DNA of 64,000 nt from Clostridiales bacterium (GCA_003522145.1 DPGD01000048.1:3927-67926); one strand, 5' to 3'. Positions 47,028 through 55,987 are shown, numbered from the stretch's first letter. Numbers and translations: made by a program. Notes: generated by a model from the sequence alone, not told the origin.

Positions 47028-47176
47028 GGGGCTGTGAAAGATGCGTTTTTTACAGCCCCTCAAAAATGCCGGTCTTTCGACCGGCATTTTTGAGGCGATC
47101 GTGGTCGGGGGCTCTTGATGGGCGGTCGTCGGAGGTGTAAAAAAGTGCGGTCAGAGCTTTTTACACCTCCTTTTTT
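47028..47176. repeat. three-hairpin composite repeat (modules X, Y, Z) that also acts as the gap terminator region
   Basis: X: 47028-47059, GGGGCTGTGAAA..TTTTTTACAGCCCC. Y: 47061-47092, CAAAAATGCCGGTC-TTTC-GACCGGCATTTTTG. Z: 47131-47170, GGAGGTGTAAAA..CGGTCAGAG..TTTTACACCTCC, followed by T6. Confidence 0.85.
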
Positions 47177-47219
47177 CGGGGAAAAAACAGCGAAGAATGG
47201 AAAAATTCATAAAAAGCCC

Positions 47220-47248
47220 TTGAAAAACAGAACAGGATATACTATAAT
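47220..47248 (+). promoter_or_regulatory. sigma-A type promoter of ackA
   Basis: TTGAAA, 17 nt spacer, TATAAT. Confidence 0.55.
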
Positions 47249-47287
47249 GAAAGGGTATGTACTACTCAAAAAACAGTGGAGGCAGAA

Positions 47288-48541
47288 ATGATTGTATTGG
47301 TTGTAAACGCAGGAAGCTCTTCCTTGAAGTATCAGCTTTTTGATACCGAAAAGAATTATGCTGTGCTTGCAAAGGGGTTGTGCGATTGTATCGGACTGAA
47401 AGAGGGCGGCAAGATCGTTCACAAGGTGGGCGAGAAAAAATATGAAACCGAGGTCAGCATTCCGAACCATTCCTTTGCAGTGGAGCTGGTCGTAAAAGCA
47501 CTGACAAACAAGGACTACGGCGTGATCCGTTCCATGGATGAAATTGAGGCGGTCGGCCATCGGATCGTCCACGGAGGTCCCTATTTCTCCGAATCGGTGC
47601 TGGTTACCGAGCAGGTTCTGAAGAACCTTGAAAAATGCAGACCCTTGGCGCCTCTTCATACCGGCGCTCACATTCAGGGAATTGAGGGTATCACGGCGGT
47701 GCTGAAAGGGGTGCCTCAGGTTCTGGTGATTGATACAGGATTCCACTGCTCCATGTCGGAGGTTGCCAAGACCTATGCGCTTCCCAAGGACATTGCTGAG
47801 GATTTGGCCATCCGCCGTTACGGCGCCCATGGCACCTCTCACCGCTATGTTTCGGGAGAAATGTGCAGGATTTTAGGCAAGACCGAGGGAACCAAGATCG
47901 TTACCTGCCATTTGGGCAACGGCTCCTCCATTTCCGCTGTGAAGGACGGAAAGTGCTTTGATACCAGCATGGGACTGACGCCTTTGGCCGGTATTATCAT
48001 GGGCTCCCGCACCGGCGATATGGATCCGGCGGTGGTGCCCTTCCTGCTGGAGAACTACGAGCGTGTTCCGGCGGAGCATCGCCCCAAGGGCTATGAGACG
48101 CTGACCGTTTCCAATGTGAACAATTTCATGAACAAGACCTGCGGACTTCTGGGCGTTTCCGGAACCTCCTCCGATATGCGTGCGGTCATCAAGGAAATTG
48201 AGACCGACGAGCACGGCAAAACCAAGGAAGCAAAGCTGGCTTACGATGTTCTGGTGTACGGGATCAAGAAGTATATCGGCGCCTATGCGGCGGCTATGGA
48301 CGGGGTGGATGCCATCGTCTTTACTGCCGGAATCGGCGAAAACAATGCCGCGATCCGTTCGGATGTGTGCAGGAATATGAGTTATCTGGGCATTGAATTG
48401 GACGAAGAAGTCAATGCGGCGGCCAGAGGAACGATCACGAAGCTGAATTCCGAAAGGTCGAAGGTTCAGGTGTACCTGATCCCCACAGATGAGGAACTGG
48501 TGATCGCCAAGGACACCGAAAGCATTGTGAAGGCTCTGTAA
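47288..48541 (+). CDS. ackA: acetate kinase
   Basis: VLVVNAGSSSLKYQLF, HRIVHGG, and EELVIAKDT. ATG follows GGAGG. Confidence 0.95.
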   Translation: MIVLVVNAGSSSLKYQLFDTEKNYAVLAKGLCDCIGLKEGGKIVHKVGEKKYETEVSIPNHSFAVELVVKALTNKDYGVIRSMDEIEAVGHRIVHGGPYFSESVLVTEQVLKNLEKCRPLAPLHTGAHIQGIEGITAVLKGVPQVLVIDTGFHCSMSEVAKTYALPKDIAEDLAIRRYGAHGTSHRYVSGEMCRILGKTEGTKIVTCHLGNGSSISAVKDGKCFDTSMGLTPLAGIIMGSRTGDMDPAVVPFLLENYERVPAEHRPKGYETLTVSNVNNFMNKTCGLLGVSGTSSDMRAVIKEIETDEHGKTKEAKLAYDVLVYGIKKYIGAYAAAMDGVDAIVFTAGIGENNAAIRSDVCRNMSYLGIELDEEVNAAARGTITKLNSERSKVQVYLIPTDEELVIAKDTESIVKAL

Positions 48542-48552
48542 AAAGCAACTCC

Positions 48553-48581
48553 GGGGCTGGGCAGAAGGCACAGCCCCTTTT
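48553..48581 (+). terminator. rho-independent terminator after ackA
   Basis: GGGGCTG...CAGCCCC followed by TTTT. Confidence 0.65.
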
Positions 48582-48635
48582 GAGTGTTTTTACGGCTCAA
48601 TTTTGAAATCTGAATTTTGAGAAGGAAAATAAAAA

Positions 48636-48938
48636 ATGGTTCGTCATGTCATTCTATGGACCTTGAAAGAAGATCTGACCGAGGAACAAAAGCAGGGAAT
48701 CAAAGAAAGCGCAAAGGAACAGCTGGAGGGACTTTACGGCAAGATTCCGGCCTTAAAAAGCATCCAGATTCATATTCATCCCTTGGATTCTTCCAACTGT
48801 GATATGATGCTGGAAAGCGTTTTTGAAAGTACCCGAGGATTAGCGGAGTATTCCGTTCATCCGGCGCATGTGGAGGTGGCGGACACCTATGTCCGTCCCT
48901 ATACCAAGAGCCGGGTATGTATGGATTTTGAAGTCTGA
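48636..48938 (+). CDS. Dabb (stress-responsive dimeric alpha/beta barrel) family protein
   Basis: 100 aa. The VRHVILW start and the HPAHVEV motif are typical of the Dabb domain. Confidence 0.78.
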   Translation: MVRHVILWTLKEDLTEEQKQGIKESAKEQLEGLYGKIPALKSIQIHIHPLDSSNCDMMLESVFESTRGLAEYSVHPAHVEVADTYVRPYTKSRVCMDFEV

Positions 48939-48941
48939 AAG

Positions 48942-49979
48942 ATGAAGGATTTTTCGTTTTCAAAGGAACTGATCCTTTGGTATGAAGAAAACAAGCGGTC
49001 GCTTCCCTGGAGGGAAACGACCGATCCTTATAAAATCTGGGTCTCTGAAATTATGTTGCAGCAAACCCGGGTAGAGGCCGTGAAGCCCTATTATATGCGG
49101 TTTCTGGCGGCACTGCCCACTGTCCAGGATCTGGCAAACGCCGACCCGGAGCTTCTCAACAAGCTGTGGCAGGGGCTGGGCTATTACAGCAGAGTGCGGA
49201 ATATGCAGAAGGCGGCCAAGGAGTGCCTGGTCCTTTATCAAGGGAAAATGCCCGGAACCTATAAAGAGCTGCAGAGCCTTCCCGGCATCGGAGAATATAC
49301 GGCCGGTGCGATTGCTTCTTTTGCATACAAAGAACCTGTTCCGGCTGTGGACGGCAATGTTTTAAGGGTCATCTCCCGGTATTTGGCCTTGGAACTGCCC
49401 ATTGATACGCCCCGGGCGAAAGAGCAGATTGCCGGGTTTGTTCGGTCGGTTTTACCCAAAGACCGTCCGGATGTGTTCAATCAGGCTCTGATCGAATTGG
49501 GCGCCACGCTTTGCGGTCCTGACAGAGCCGCCCGTTGCGGCGGTTGTCCGTTGCTCGGTCACTGTCAGGCTTTTGAAAAGGAAATGACCGAGTTTCTTCC
49601 CAAGCGCACCCCCAAAAAACCGAAAAGAGTGGAGGAACGAACGCCCTTACTGTTGGTGACGGAGGATGGGAAAATGGCACTGTGCAAGCGCCCGGAGAAA
49701 GGACTGTTGCAGGGCTTGTGGGAGATACCGGCTTTGGAAGGGAAGGCCACACCGGAAGAGGTGGGCCGGGTGTTAAAAAGCTGGGGCTGTCTGCCTGTTC
49801 CCGGAGAGATTCAGCCTCTTCCGCACGCAAGGCATGTTTTTTCCCATGTGGTATGGGAAATGGACGGGTACAGAGTGTTGGTGGAAACAACCGGAGGGCT
49901 GTCCTTCTTTACAAAGGAAGAACGGAAGGCGTTGGCCGTTCCCTCAGCATTCAAGGCCTATTTCAGGTATCTGTTCTGA
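48942..49979 (+). CDS. mutY: A/G-specific adenine DNA glycosylase MutY
   Basis: WYEENKRSLPWR, HhH-GPD (LPGIGEYTAGAI), a 4Fe-4S Cys cluster (CxxxxxxC..C....C), and a C-terminal NUDIX-like domain. Confidence 0.9.
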   Translation: MKDFSFSKELILWYEENKRSLPWRETTDPYKIWVSEIMLQQTRVEAVKPYYMRFLAALPTVQDLANADPELLNKLWQGLGYYSRVRNMQKAAKECLVLYQGKMPGTYKELQSLPGIGEYTAGAIASFAYKEPVPAVDGNVLRVISRYLALELPIDTPRAKEQIAGFVRSVLPKDRPDVFNQALIELGATLCGPDRAARCGGCPLLGHCQAFEKEMTEFLPKRTPKKPKRVEERTPLLLVTEDGKMALCKRPEKGLLQGLWEIPALEGKATPEEVGRVLKSWGCLPVPGEIQPLPHARHVFSHVVWEMDGYRVLVETTGGLSFFTKEERKALAVPSAFKAYFRYLF

Positions 49980-50065
49980 GGCTTCAGAGGGTCTTTTGTT
50001 CTGTTTTCCGTTGGGGAATGCCCATTAAGCTCCCTTTCGAGAACGCCTTTACTACAGAAAGTTTA

Positions 50066-50108
50066 GGGGTGTAAAAAGCTCGGTCAGAGTTTTTTGTACC
50101 CCCATTTT
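50066..50108. repeat. module Z hairpin copy serving as a bidirectional terminator between mutY and the histidine kinase
   Basis: GGGGTGTAAAAAGCTCGGTCAGAGTTTTTTGTACCCC followed by ATTTTT. The loop CGGTCAGAG is identical to the copies at 47131 and 63013. Confidence 0.7.
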
Positions 50109-50144
50109 TATATGGCAAATACGGTCTGAAGCAGAAGCAACCGG

Positions 50145-51701
50145 TCAGTTTTCCAGAGGCGTTTCGCTTAAAACATCCAAGGTGAACCAGAAGGTAGAGC
50201 CTTTGCCGACGGTGCTGGAGACACCGCAGGTGCCCTTATGGGCATTGACAATTCCTTTAACGATGGAAAGTCCCAGACCGGAGCCCACCGTAGCTCTTTT
50301 ATGGGTCTTGTCTACCTTGTAGTAGCGTTCCCAGATCAGGGGCAGCTGCTCTTCGGGAATGCCCTCTCCGTGATCTTTGACGGAAATGGTGACCTTCCCC
50401 TGTTCCACGGTTTGGGTGACCAGGATCTTTTTGTCCTCGCCTGCATAGTTGACGGCGTTGTTGACCAGATTATAGACCACCTGCATAAGCCGGGAATAAT
50501 CTCCCTCCACGCTGACCTGCCGGTCATAAATAAACTCAATGGAGTAGCCTTCCCGATCCCGCAATTTGTTGTAGCGGGTCAGTTCGCTTTCGATGCTGTT
50601 GGTCAGAGCCAACGGTTCCATGGTCATTTCTGCCGTTCCGGATTCGATCTTGGAAATGTCCAGTACATCGTTGACCAAGGCTTTCATCCGGTTGCTCTCA
50701 TCAATGATGATCTGAAGATTGTCTTCGTTCTTTTCATCGGGCAGATCCCGCATCACCTCGGCATATCCGGAAATCAGGGTCAAGGGCGTGCGCAGGTCAT
50801 GAGAAATATTGGCGACCAGTTCCCGTTGCAGATGATCGGTTTTGGAAAGCTCCTCGGCGGCGTAGTTCAGCGTGTCGGAAAGCTCGGTAATTTCCTTGTA
50901 GCCTTTTCCGTCGAAATGAACGCTGTAGTCCCGTTTGGCAAGACGCTTTGCGGCCCGGTTGATCTTTTCGATGGGCCGGGTGATCCAAAAGGAGATCAGC
51001 AGGGCGAAAACCGCCGTGCAGAGAAGAACAATGCCCGACAGCCCGAACATAACGGTATTCATGGTTTTCACGGTTGAACCCAGGGGAATCACCGAGGCGT
51101 TGAGAAAGAACACGGTGGTGCGCAATTCATCGGTTTTTACAGCATAGGCCACGGTTATGTTCTCCTTGGCCACAGCTTCGCTTTCCAGATTGCTGGAATC
51201 AAGATAGCAGAATCCGCCGTTTTGCAGGGCGCCGTTTGCAGCGTCAAGAATCAGCACAGACCGATCCAGAATTCCGTTGGGATTGGAAAGGGAGCTGTGC
51301 AGATCACCCGAAACCGAAAGAAGCCGATGCAAAAGACAATTGCAGTTGGATTTGGATTTATAGTCTCCCCGGCAGGTGATCCAGGAGTTCTTATAGATCA
51401 CATAGGAAGAAATACAGATGTTCTTTTCCGCCCCGATTTCGGCCATTCTTTCGGAGAGAGAATCGGGATCGGCGGTCAAGAGCTCCTGCCCCGCTTCACG
51501 CAGTTCTTTTTTCTGGATGCCGAGATAGACCTTATCCAAAAGAAAGCTCTGCGCAAACCAGATAAAGGAAAGGCTCAGAACCGTCAGAAGAAGCAGGGAG
51601 AGCAGAAGCTTCCATTTGGCGCTTATCCGATTGTGCCGTTCTTTTTTCTTTTGACGGCATTTTTTAAGAAAACGCCCTTCCGGTTCACTGGTTGGTGTCA
51701 A
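50145..51701 (-). CDS. sensor histidine kinase (two TM helices, extracytoplasmic domain, HisKA + HATPase_c)
   Basis: H-box ELVANISHDLRTPLT, N-box NLVNNAVNY, G-boxes DHGEGI and GSGLGLSI. TTG start overlaps the end of the response-regulator gene. Confidence 0.88.
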   Translation of the reverse strand: MTPTSEPEGRFLKKCRQKKKERHNRISAKWKLLLSLLLLTVLSLSFIWFAQSFLLDKVYLGIQKKELREAGQELLTADPDSLSERMAEIGAEKNICISSYVIYKNSWITCRGDYKSKSNCNCLLHRLLSVSGDLHSSLSNPNGILDRSVLILDAANGALQNGGFCYLDSSNLESEAVAKENITVAYAVKTDELRTTVFFLNASVIPLGSTVKTMNTVMFGLSGIVLLCTAVFALLISFWITRPIEKINRAAKRLAKRDYSVHFDGKGYKEITELSDTLNYAAEELSKTDHLQRELVANISHDLRTPLTLISGYAEVMRDLPDEKNEDNLQIIIDESNRMKALVNDVLDISKIESGTAEMTMEPLALTNSIESELTRYNKLRDREGYSIEFIYDRQVSVEGDYSRLMQVVYNLVNNAVNYAGEDKKILVTQTVEQGKVTISVKDHGEGIPEEQLPLIWERYYKVDKTHKRATVGSGLGLSIVKGIVNAHKGTCGVSSTVGKGSTFWFTLDVLSETPLEN

Positions 51702-52365
51702 AGCGATACCCCACGCCGCGCAGCGTTACGATATATCTGCTGTATTCCCCAAGGCTCCGGCGCAGGAGTTTGATGTGGGTGTCCAAGGTCCGGTCATCTC
51801 CGTAAAAATCATAGCCCCAGACCTCACAAATCAGTTTTTCTCTGGTCAAGGCGATGTTGGCATTTCGGATCATATAGAAGAGCAGTTCATATTCCTTTGG
51901 GGAAAGCTCGATCCTCTTGCCGTCGATTTTCACGATTCTGGCGGTGAAATCCACCGAAAGTCCCCCCAAACGGAAGAAATTGGTGGTGGTTTCGGGACTT
52001 TTCTTCACTCTTTTCAGAATGGCGGAAACCCGGAGCATCAGTTCCTTGGGAGAAAAGGGCTTGACCACATAATCGTCTGCCCCGATCTCAAAGCCGTTGA
52101 TCCGGTCGTATTCCTCTCCCCGGGCGGACAGCAGAATGATGGGCAGATTCGGATGCAGCTTTTTGATCTCTCTGCCGGCGGAAAATCCGTCCAGTTCGGG
52201 CATCATAATGTCTAAAATCACCAGGCTGTAGTCCTCTTTTTTGCATTTTTCCACCGCCTGCATTCCGTTTTCGGCTTCCTCCACCTCATAGCCCTCATAG
52301 GTGGCGTATTTCACAATCAGCGTCCGGATTGCCGATTCGTCATCTACTATCAGAAGTTTGCTCAT
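51685..52365 (-). CDS. OmpR-family response regulator
   Basis: Receiver domain (LLIVDDE, ILDIMMPELDG) and winged-helix output domain (LTREKL...VWGYD...RTLDTHI..LR). Confidence 0.92.
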   Translation of the reverse strand: MSKLLIVDDESAIRTLIVKYATYEGYEVEEAENGMQAVEKCKKEDYSLVILDIMMPELDGFSAGREIKKLHPNLPIILLSARGEEYDRINGFEIGADDYVVKPFSPKELMLRVSAILKRVKKSPETTTNFFRLGGLSVDFTARIVKIDGKRIELSPKEYELLFYMIRNANIALTREKLICEVWGYDFYGDDRTLDTHIKLLRRSLGEYSRYIVTLRGVGYRFDTNQ

Positions 52366-52455
52366 GAATAATTTTCCTTTCTCAGAATATGGTCATGAAT
52401 CCAAGGTTTGCCGGGAGGATGCAACTGCGCATCGCCCCGGCAAAGAATGATTTTG

Positions 52456-54162
52456 TTACCTGTACATCTCGATCACCCGAATTTTCAGAGTGACCGCCTG
52501 CAGGGAATATTTATTTTGCATAAAGCCGTAGCTCTGAGAAACCAGCCGGGAAACCACTACGGTCAGCTCCTCCCCTTTTTCCTTGCCTTCCAGAAGCTCG
52601 TTCACTTCGTTTAAGGTTCGTATTTCCTTGCCGTCGATGGTTTTGATCAGATCTCCGTAGGCGAAGGTGTTGTCGCTTTCCGCATAGTCCACCATGCCGT
52701 CAGAGGCCACAATCAGGCCGTAAACAGGGGCACCGCTCAGCTCCTCCATTTTGGAAATCAGCGTTGCGTTGCTGTAATTTGAATAATTTTCTTTGGTAAT
52801 CTCATAGCACTGCGTGATTCCCAGCGACTTGCGCAGAATGGAATCATCCTCTTCGATCATCTTTCCGATGGTGGTCTTTACGGTTTCAATAGGAATGGCA
52901 AAACCGATTCCTTCCACACTGGTGGCCGATTTTTTGGAATTCACAATGCCGATGAGCTGTCCTTCGGCGTTGAAGCACCCGCCGCCCGAGTTGCCGGGAT
53001 TGATGGCGGCAGTGACCTGCATCAGGTGCATGACCGTGCCGTCTAAGGTGATGTCTCTTGCCAGGGCACTGACAATGCCGCTGGTCACCGAATTTGCCAG
53101 AGTTCCCAAGGGGTTTCCGATGACTATGGCCGTTTCACCCACAAGAACCTCGCTTCCGTTTCCTTGAATTACCGGAAGAAGGCCCTTTACATGGATGCGC
53201 AAAAGAGCAAGGTCGGTTTCCGGATCTCTGGCAATGCAGGTAGCGGGGTATTTATCGCCGTTCTCCAGAGTGACATAGAGGGAGACGGCATCCTCAACCA
53301 CATGGTTGTTGGTGACAATATAACCGTCACCGGTCCAGATAACGCCGCTTCCCGAACCCTTGGCGGTGGCTGTGGTCACATTTACGGTCACAACCGACGG
53401 AGAACAGGTTGCCGCAACCCGGACAATGGCATTTTCGTTTCCGGCATTCTCGGTGTTCACCCATTGATTTTGGTCATAGCTGGCAACCGGTGTGGGAGAA
53501 GGAGAAGCGCTGGGGGAAGAATCCTTGGAGGGAGGGGTATCGAAAATACCTTCCAAAGGATCCTTGCCGGATTCGATGCGGTCATTCCATTCTTCCAACA
53601 GAGCATGCAAAGCAGTGCCGGCAAACAGCATCAGCACAAGCACCAGCAGAGCGGAAACAACGGAGAGAGCAATGACCAGGCCCTTCTTGGAGTTTTTACC
53701 GGAGGACTGAGGAGGAGCAGAAGGCGGATACGACGGTGTGGGCCGGTCAAAGCCGCCGTTGCTTCCGAAAGGGAACGGACTGTTCGGGATTCCGCCGTTC
53801 GGAGTTCCCTCGTCCCGGATTTCATTCCGAATCCCGTTTCCCGGAATTCCGCTGTTCGGAATCCCGTCTCCCTGATTTTGGCTTTCCGGATTTTCACCGG
53901 CGTTTTTTTCCAGATGAGCATTCTGTGCTTCAAAGGAGTTCTCCGGGCTTTCAACGCTTTCGGTGTTTCCGGGAGCGTTCCCGGATGTGGGCTCCGAAGC
54001 CGCTCCCTCGGCTCTTTCCTGCATCTCCTTGGCAGGATTTTCCGCAGGATTTTCTGCGGCAGAAGGGTTGCTTTCGGAATGGAGATTGTTTTCCGGATCG
54101 TTCAGCTTGGAATTCATATTCGTCACCCTGACCTTCCTTTCGGAAAGGCTTCCTTTCTTCAA
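52456..54162 (-). CDS. htrA: HtrA/DegP-family serine protease with PDZ domain and long low-complexity N-terminus
   Basis: Catalytic motifs TNNHVV, DLALL and GNSGGG, a C-terminal PDZ domain, and one TM helix (LVIALSVVSALLVLVLMLFAG). The start is uncertain: TTG 54162, GTG 54126 (5 nt after GGAAGG) or ATG 54117. Confidence 0.87.
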   Translation of the reverse strand: MKKGSLSERKVRVTNMNSKLNDPENNLHSESNPSAAENPAENPAKEMQERAEGAASEPTSGNAPGNTESVESPENSFEAQNAHLEKNAGENPESQNQGDGIPNSGIPGNGIRNEIRDEGTPNGGIPNSPFPFGSNGGFDRPTPSYPPSAPPQSSGKNSKKGLVIALSVVSALLVLVLMLFAGTALHALLEEWNDRIESGKDPLEGIFDTPPSKDSSPSASPSPTPVASYDQNQWVNTENAGNENAIVRVAATCSPSVVTVNVTTATAKGSGSGVIWTGDGYIVTNNHVVEDAVSLYVTLENGDKYPATCIARDPETDLALLRIHVKGLLPVIQGNGSEVLVGETAIVIGNPLGTLANSVTSGIVSALARDITLDGTVMHLMQVTAAINPGNSGGGCFNAEGQLIGIVNSKKSATSVEGIGFAIPIETVKTTIGKMIEEDDSILRKSLGITQCYEITKENYSNYSNATLISKMEELSGAPVYGLIVASDGMVDYAESDNTFAYGDLIKTIDGKEIRTLNEVNELLEGKEKGEELTVVVSRLVSQSYGFMQNKYSLQAVTLKIRVIEMYR

Positions 54163-54455
54163 TTATGGGCATCATGCAGCGCGCTCCGGCTGCTTGGCCG
54201 GAGGGAATTTTTGTCCCTGTTGCAAGAGAAGTATATACTGGGAATGTGACGGTTATTTGAAAAATGATTTAATCTTGGCTGAAAAACAGCAAAAAAGGGG
54301 CGGAACGGAACTATCCGGAAAACGCGCCGAAAAATAGGCGACATTTTTCGGACTGTTTGTCCGAAAAACTACTTTTATGCGGATGTTTCAAGGAAAACTC
54401 TGAAATTTCACATTTTGTTCTTCTGTATTTTACAACTTTGTACTATCATTGTCAA

Positions 54456-54484
54456 GTATATTCGCAAAAAAACAGGCATAATCT
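54456..54484 (+). promoter_or_regulatory. possible sigma-E type promoter of the spoIID-like gene
   Basis: GTATATT, 14 nt spacer, CATAATCT. Confidence 0.3.
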
Positions 54485-54532
54485 TCCATAGGACGAGCTA
54501 AAAACGAAACACGAAAGGAATACGCCGAGAGT

Positions 54533-55969
54533 ATGGAGAATGTGAAAAGGTTCTTTCAGAAAAACAAAAAAGCAGTGTTGCCGGCAGTGCTGGGAGTCTT
54601 GCTCTTTTCGGTGATGTTTTTTGCCTTGCTTGGAGTGTGTGCCGGAAAAGTTCAGGAAAAGCCTGCGGACGAGGAAGGAACTGTCTTGGAAAGCCTGACA
54701 TCGTCAACCGTTCCGGGTGGCGAAGGGGCGGAGAATCTCCTTCCGCCCGCTTCCGAGGGGGCTCTCACCGAACCAAAGGATTCCGCAAAGGAGAATTTTG
54801 CCAGTCTGTCTGATGGCTATCTCTCCCCGGATGCTGCTTCCGAGCCGATGGCAGAGCCGAGCGAAGAGCCGTCTTCCGAACCAACAGAAGAACCGACTGC
54901 CGAGCCAACGGAAGAACCGACTGCCGAACCGACGGAAAAACCGACTGCCGAGCCGACAGAAGAACCGTCGGTCGAGCCGACAGAAGAACCGACTGCCGAG
55001 CCGACAGAAGAACCGACTGCCGAGCCGACAGAAGAACCCACCGGCGAGCCGACAGAAGAACCGTCGGTCGAGCCGAGCGAGGAGCCGGAGCCAACACCCG
55101 GAGAGTCGCCCTTACCGGAGGAATTTCTGCTGACCGTTTACAATCATGAAAAGGGAATCGTGGAGACCGTTCTCTTTGAGGACTATGTGGCAAGGGCCTT
55201 GCAGGCGGAAATGTCGGGCAATTCGCCCATGGAGGCTTTAAAAGCCCAGGCGATCGCCATTCGCAGTTACATCCTGTCGAACGCTTCGGTGCGTTATGAG
55301 TGTCACTACGGAGCAATGACCTGTGACGACTATACACACTGTATGGCCTGCCTAAGCGAAGAGGAATTTGCCACCCTGAATGAGACCGAGAGAAGCCGGT
55401 GTCTTGAGGCAGTGCGCAGTACCGAGGGGCAGATCCTGACCTACAAGGGCCGGGTCATTACCGCCTATTTCCACTGGTGTTCCTACGGCTACACCGCCTC
55501 CTGCCAAGAGGTTTTCGGAAACTATGTGCCTTATTTGCAGTCGGTGTACAGTCCGGTGGAAAAGGAAATGGTGAAGGTTTACCGTTTTTCTTCGGCTACG
55601 CTTTTAGAGGAGCTGTTCGGGAGCGTGACGGCAGAAAAGTATCTTTCCGGCGGCGCTTTTCCTTTGGGGATGATTACAGAAACCGAAAGCGGCCGGGTGG
55701 ACACGGTGTATATCTACGGTGTGCCGGTAAAGGGAGTACGCTTAAGGCAAGCCGTTGGATTGCGCTCGACAAAGTTTGATGTGTCCTACAATCCGGATAA
55801 GGATGAGTTCACCTTTGTGGTATACGGCAGCGGACACGGCGTGGGCATGAGCCAGTGGGGGGCCATTGCTCTGGCGAACGAGGGAAAAAGTTACGCCCAG
55901 ATCCTCTATTACTACTACAAAGATACCGTCCTTGCTCTTATGAACAAGAACCTTTTCCCCGGTCAGTAA
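54533..55969 (+). CDS. spoIID: SpoIID/LytB domain protein with repetitive Pro/Glu/Thr linker
   Basis: Signal-anchor helix, (EPTEEPTA)n linker, then SpoIID-family motifs (EDYVARALQAEM, ALKAQAIAIRSY, GHGVGMSQWGA). Confidence 0.83.
   Translation: MENVKRFFQKNKKAVLPAVLGVLLFSVMFFALLGVCAGKVQEKPADEEGTVLESLTSSTVPGGEGAENLLPPASEGALTEPKDSAKENFASLSDGYLSPDAASEPMAEPSEEPSSEPTEEPTAEPTEEPTAEPTEKPTAEPTEEPSVEPTEEPTAEPTEEPTAEPTEEPTGEPTEEPSVEPSEEPEPTPGESPLPEEFLLTVYNHEKGIVETVLFEDYVARALQAEMSGNSPMEALKAQAIAIRSYILSNASVRYECHYGAMTCDDYTHCMACLSEEEFATLNETERSRCLEAVRSTEGQILTYKGRVITAYFHWCSYGYTASCQEVFGNYVPYLQSVYSPVEKEMVKVYRFSSATLLEELFGSVTAEKYLSGGAFPLGMITETESGRVDTVYIYGVPVKGVRLRQAVGLRSTKFDVSYNPDKDEFTFVVYGSGHGVGMSQWGAIALANEGKSYAQILYYYYKDTVLALMNKNLFPGQ
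54866..55081 (+). repeat. in-frame 24-bp tandem repeat, 9 units, inside the spoIID-like gene
   Basis: Consensus unit GAACCGACTGCCGAGCCGACAGAA (E-P-T-A-E-P-T-E). Units 5 and 6 are identical; the others differ at a few positions. Confidence 0.9.
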
Positions 55970-55987
55970 GAAAAATGCAAAAAATAC

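Noticed and set aside
47028-47176. CRISPR array as an explanation for the recurring hairpins
   Set aside because: The copies are scattered singly or in threes across 56 kb and are not regularly spaced with unique spacers. The units are long A/T-cored palindromes at gene 3' ends, and no cas genes are present.
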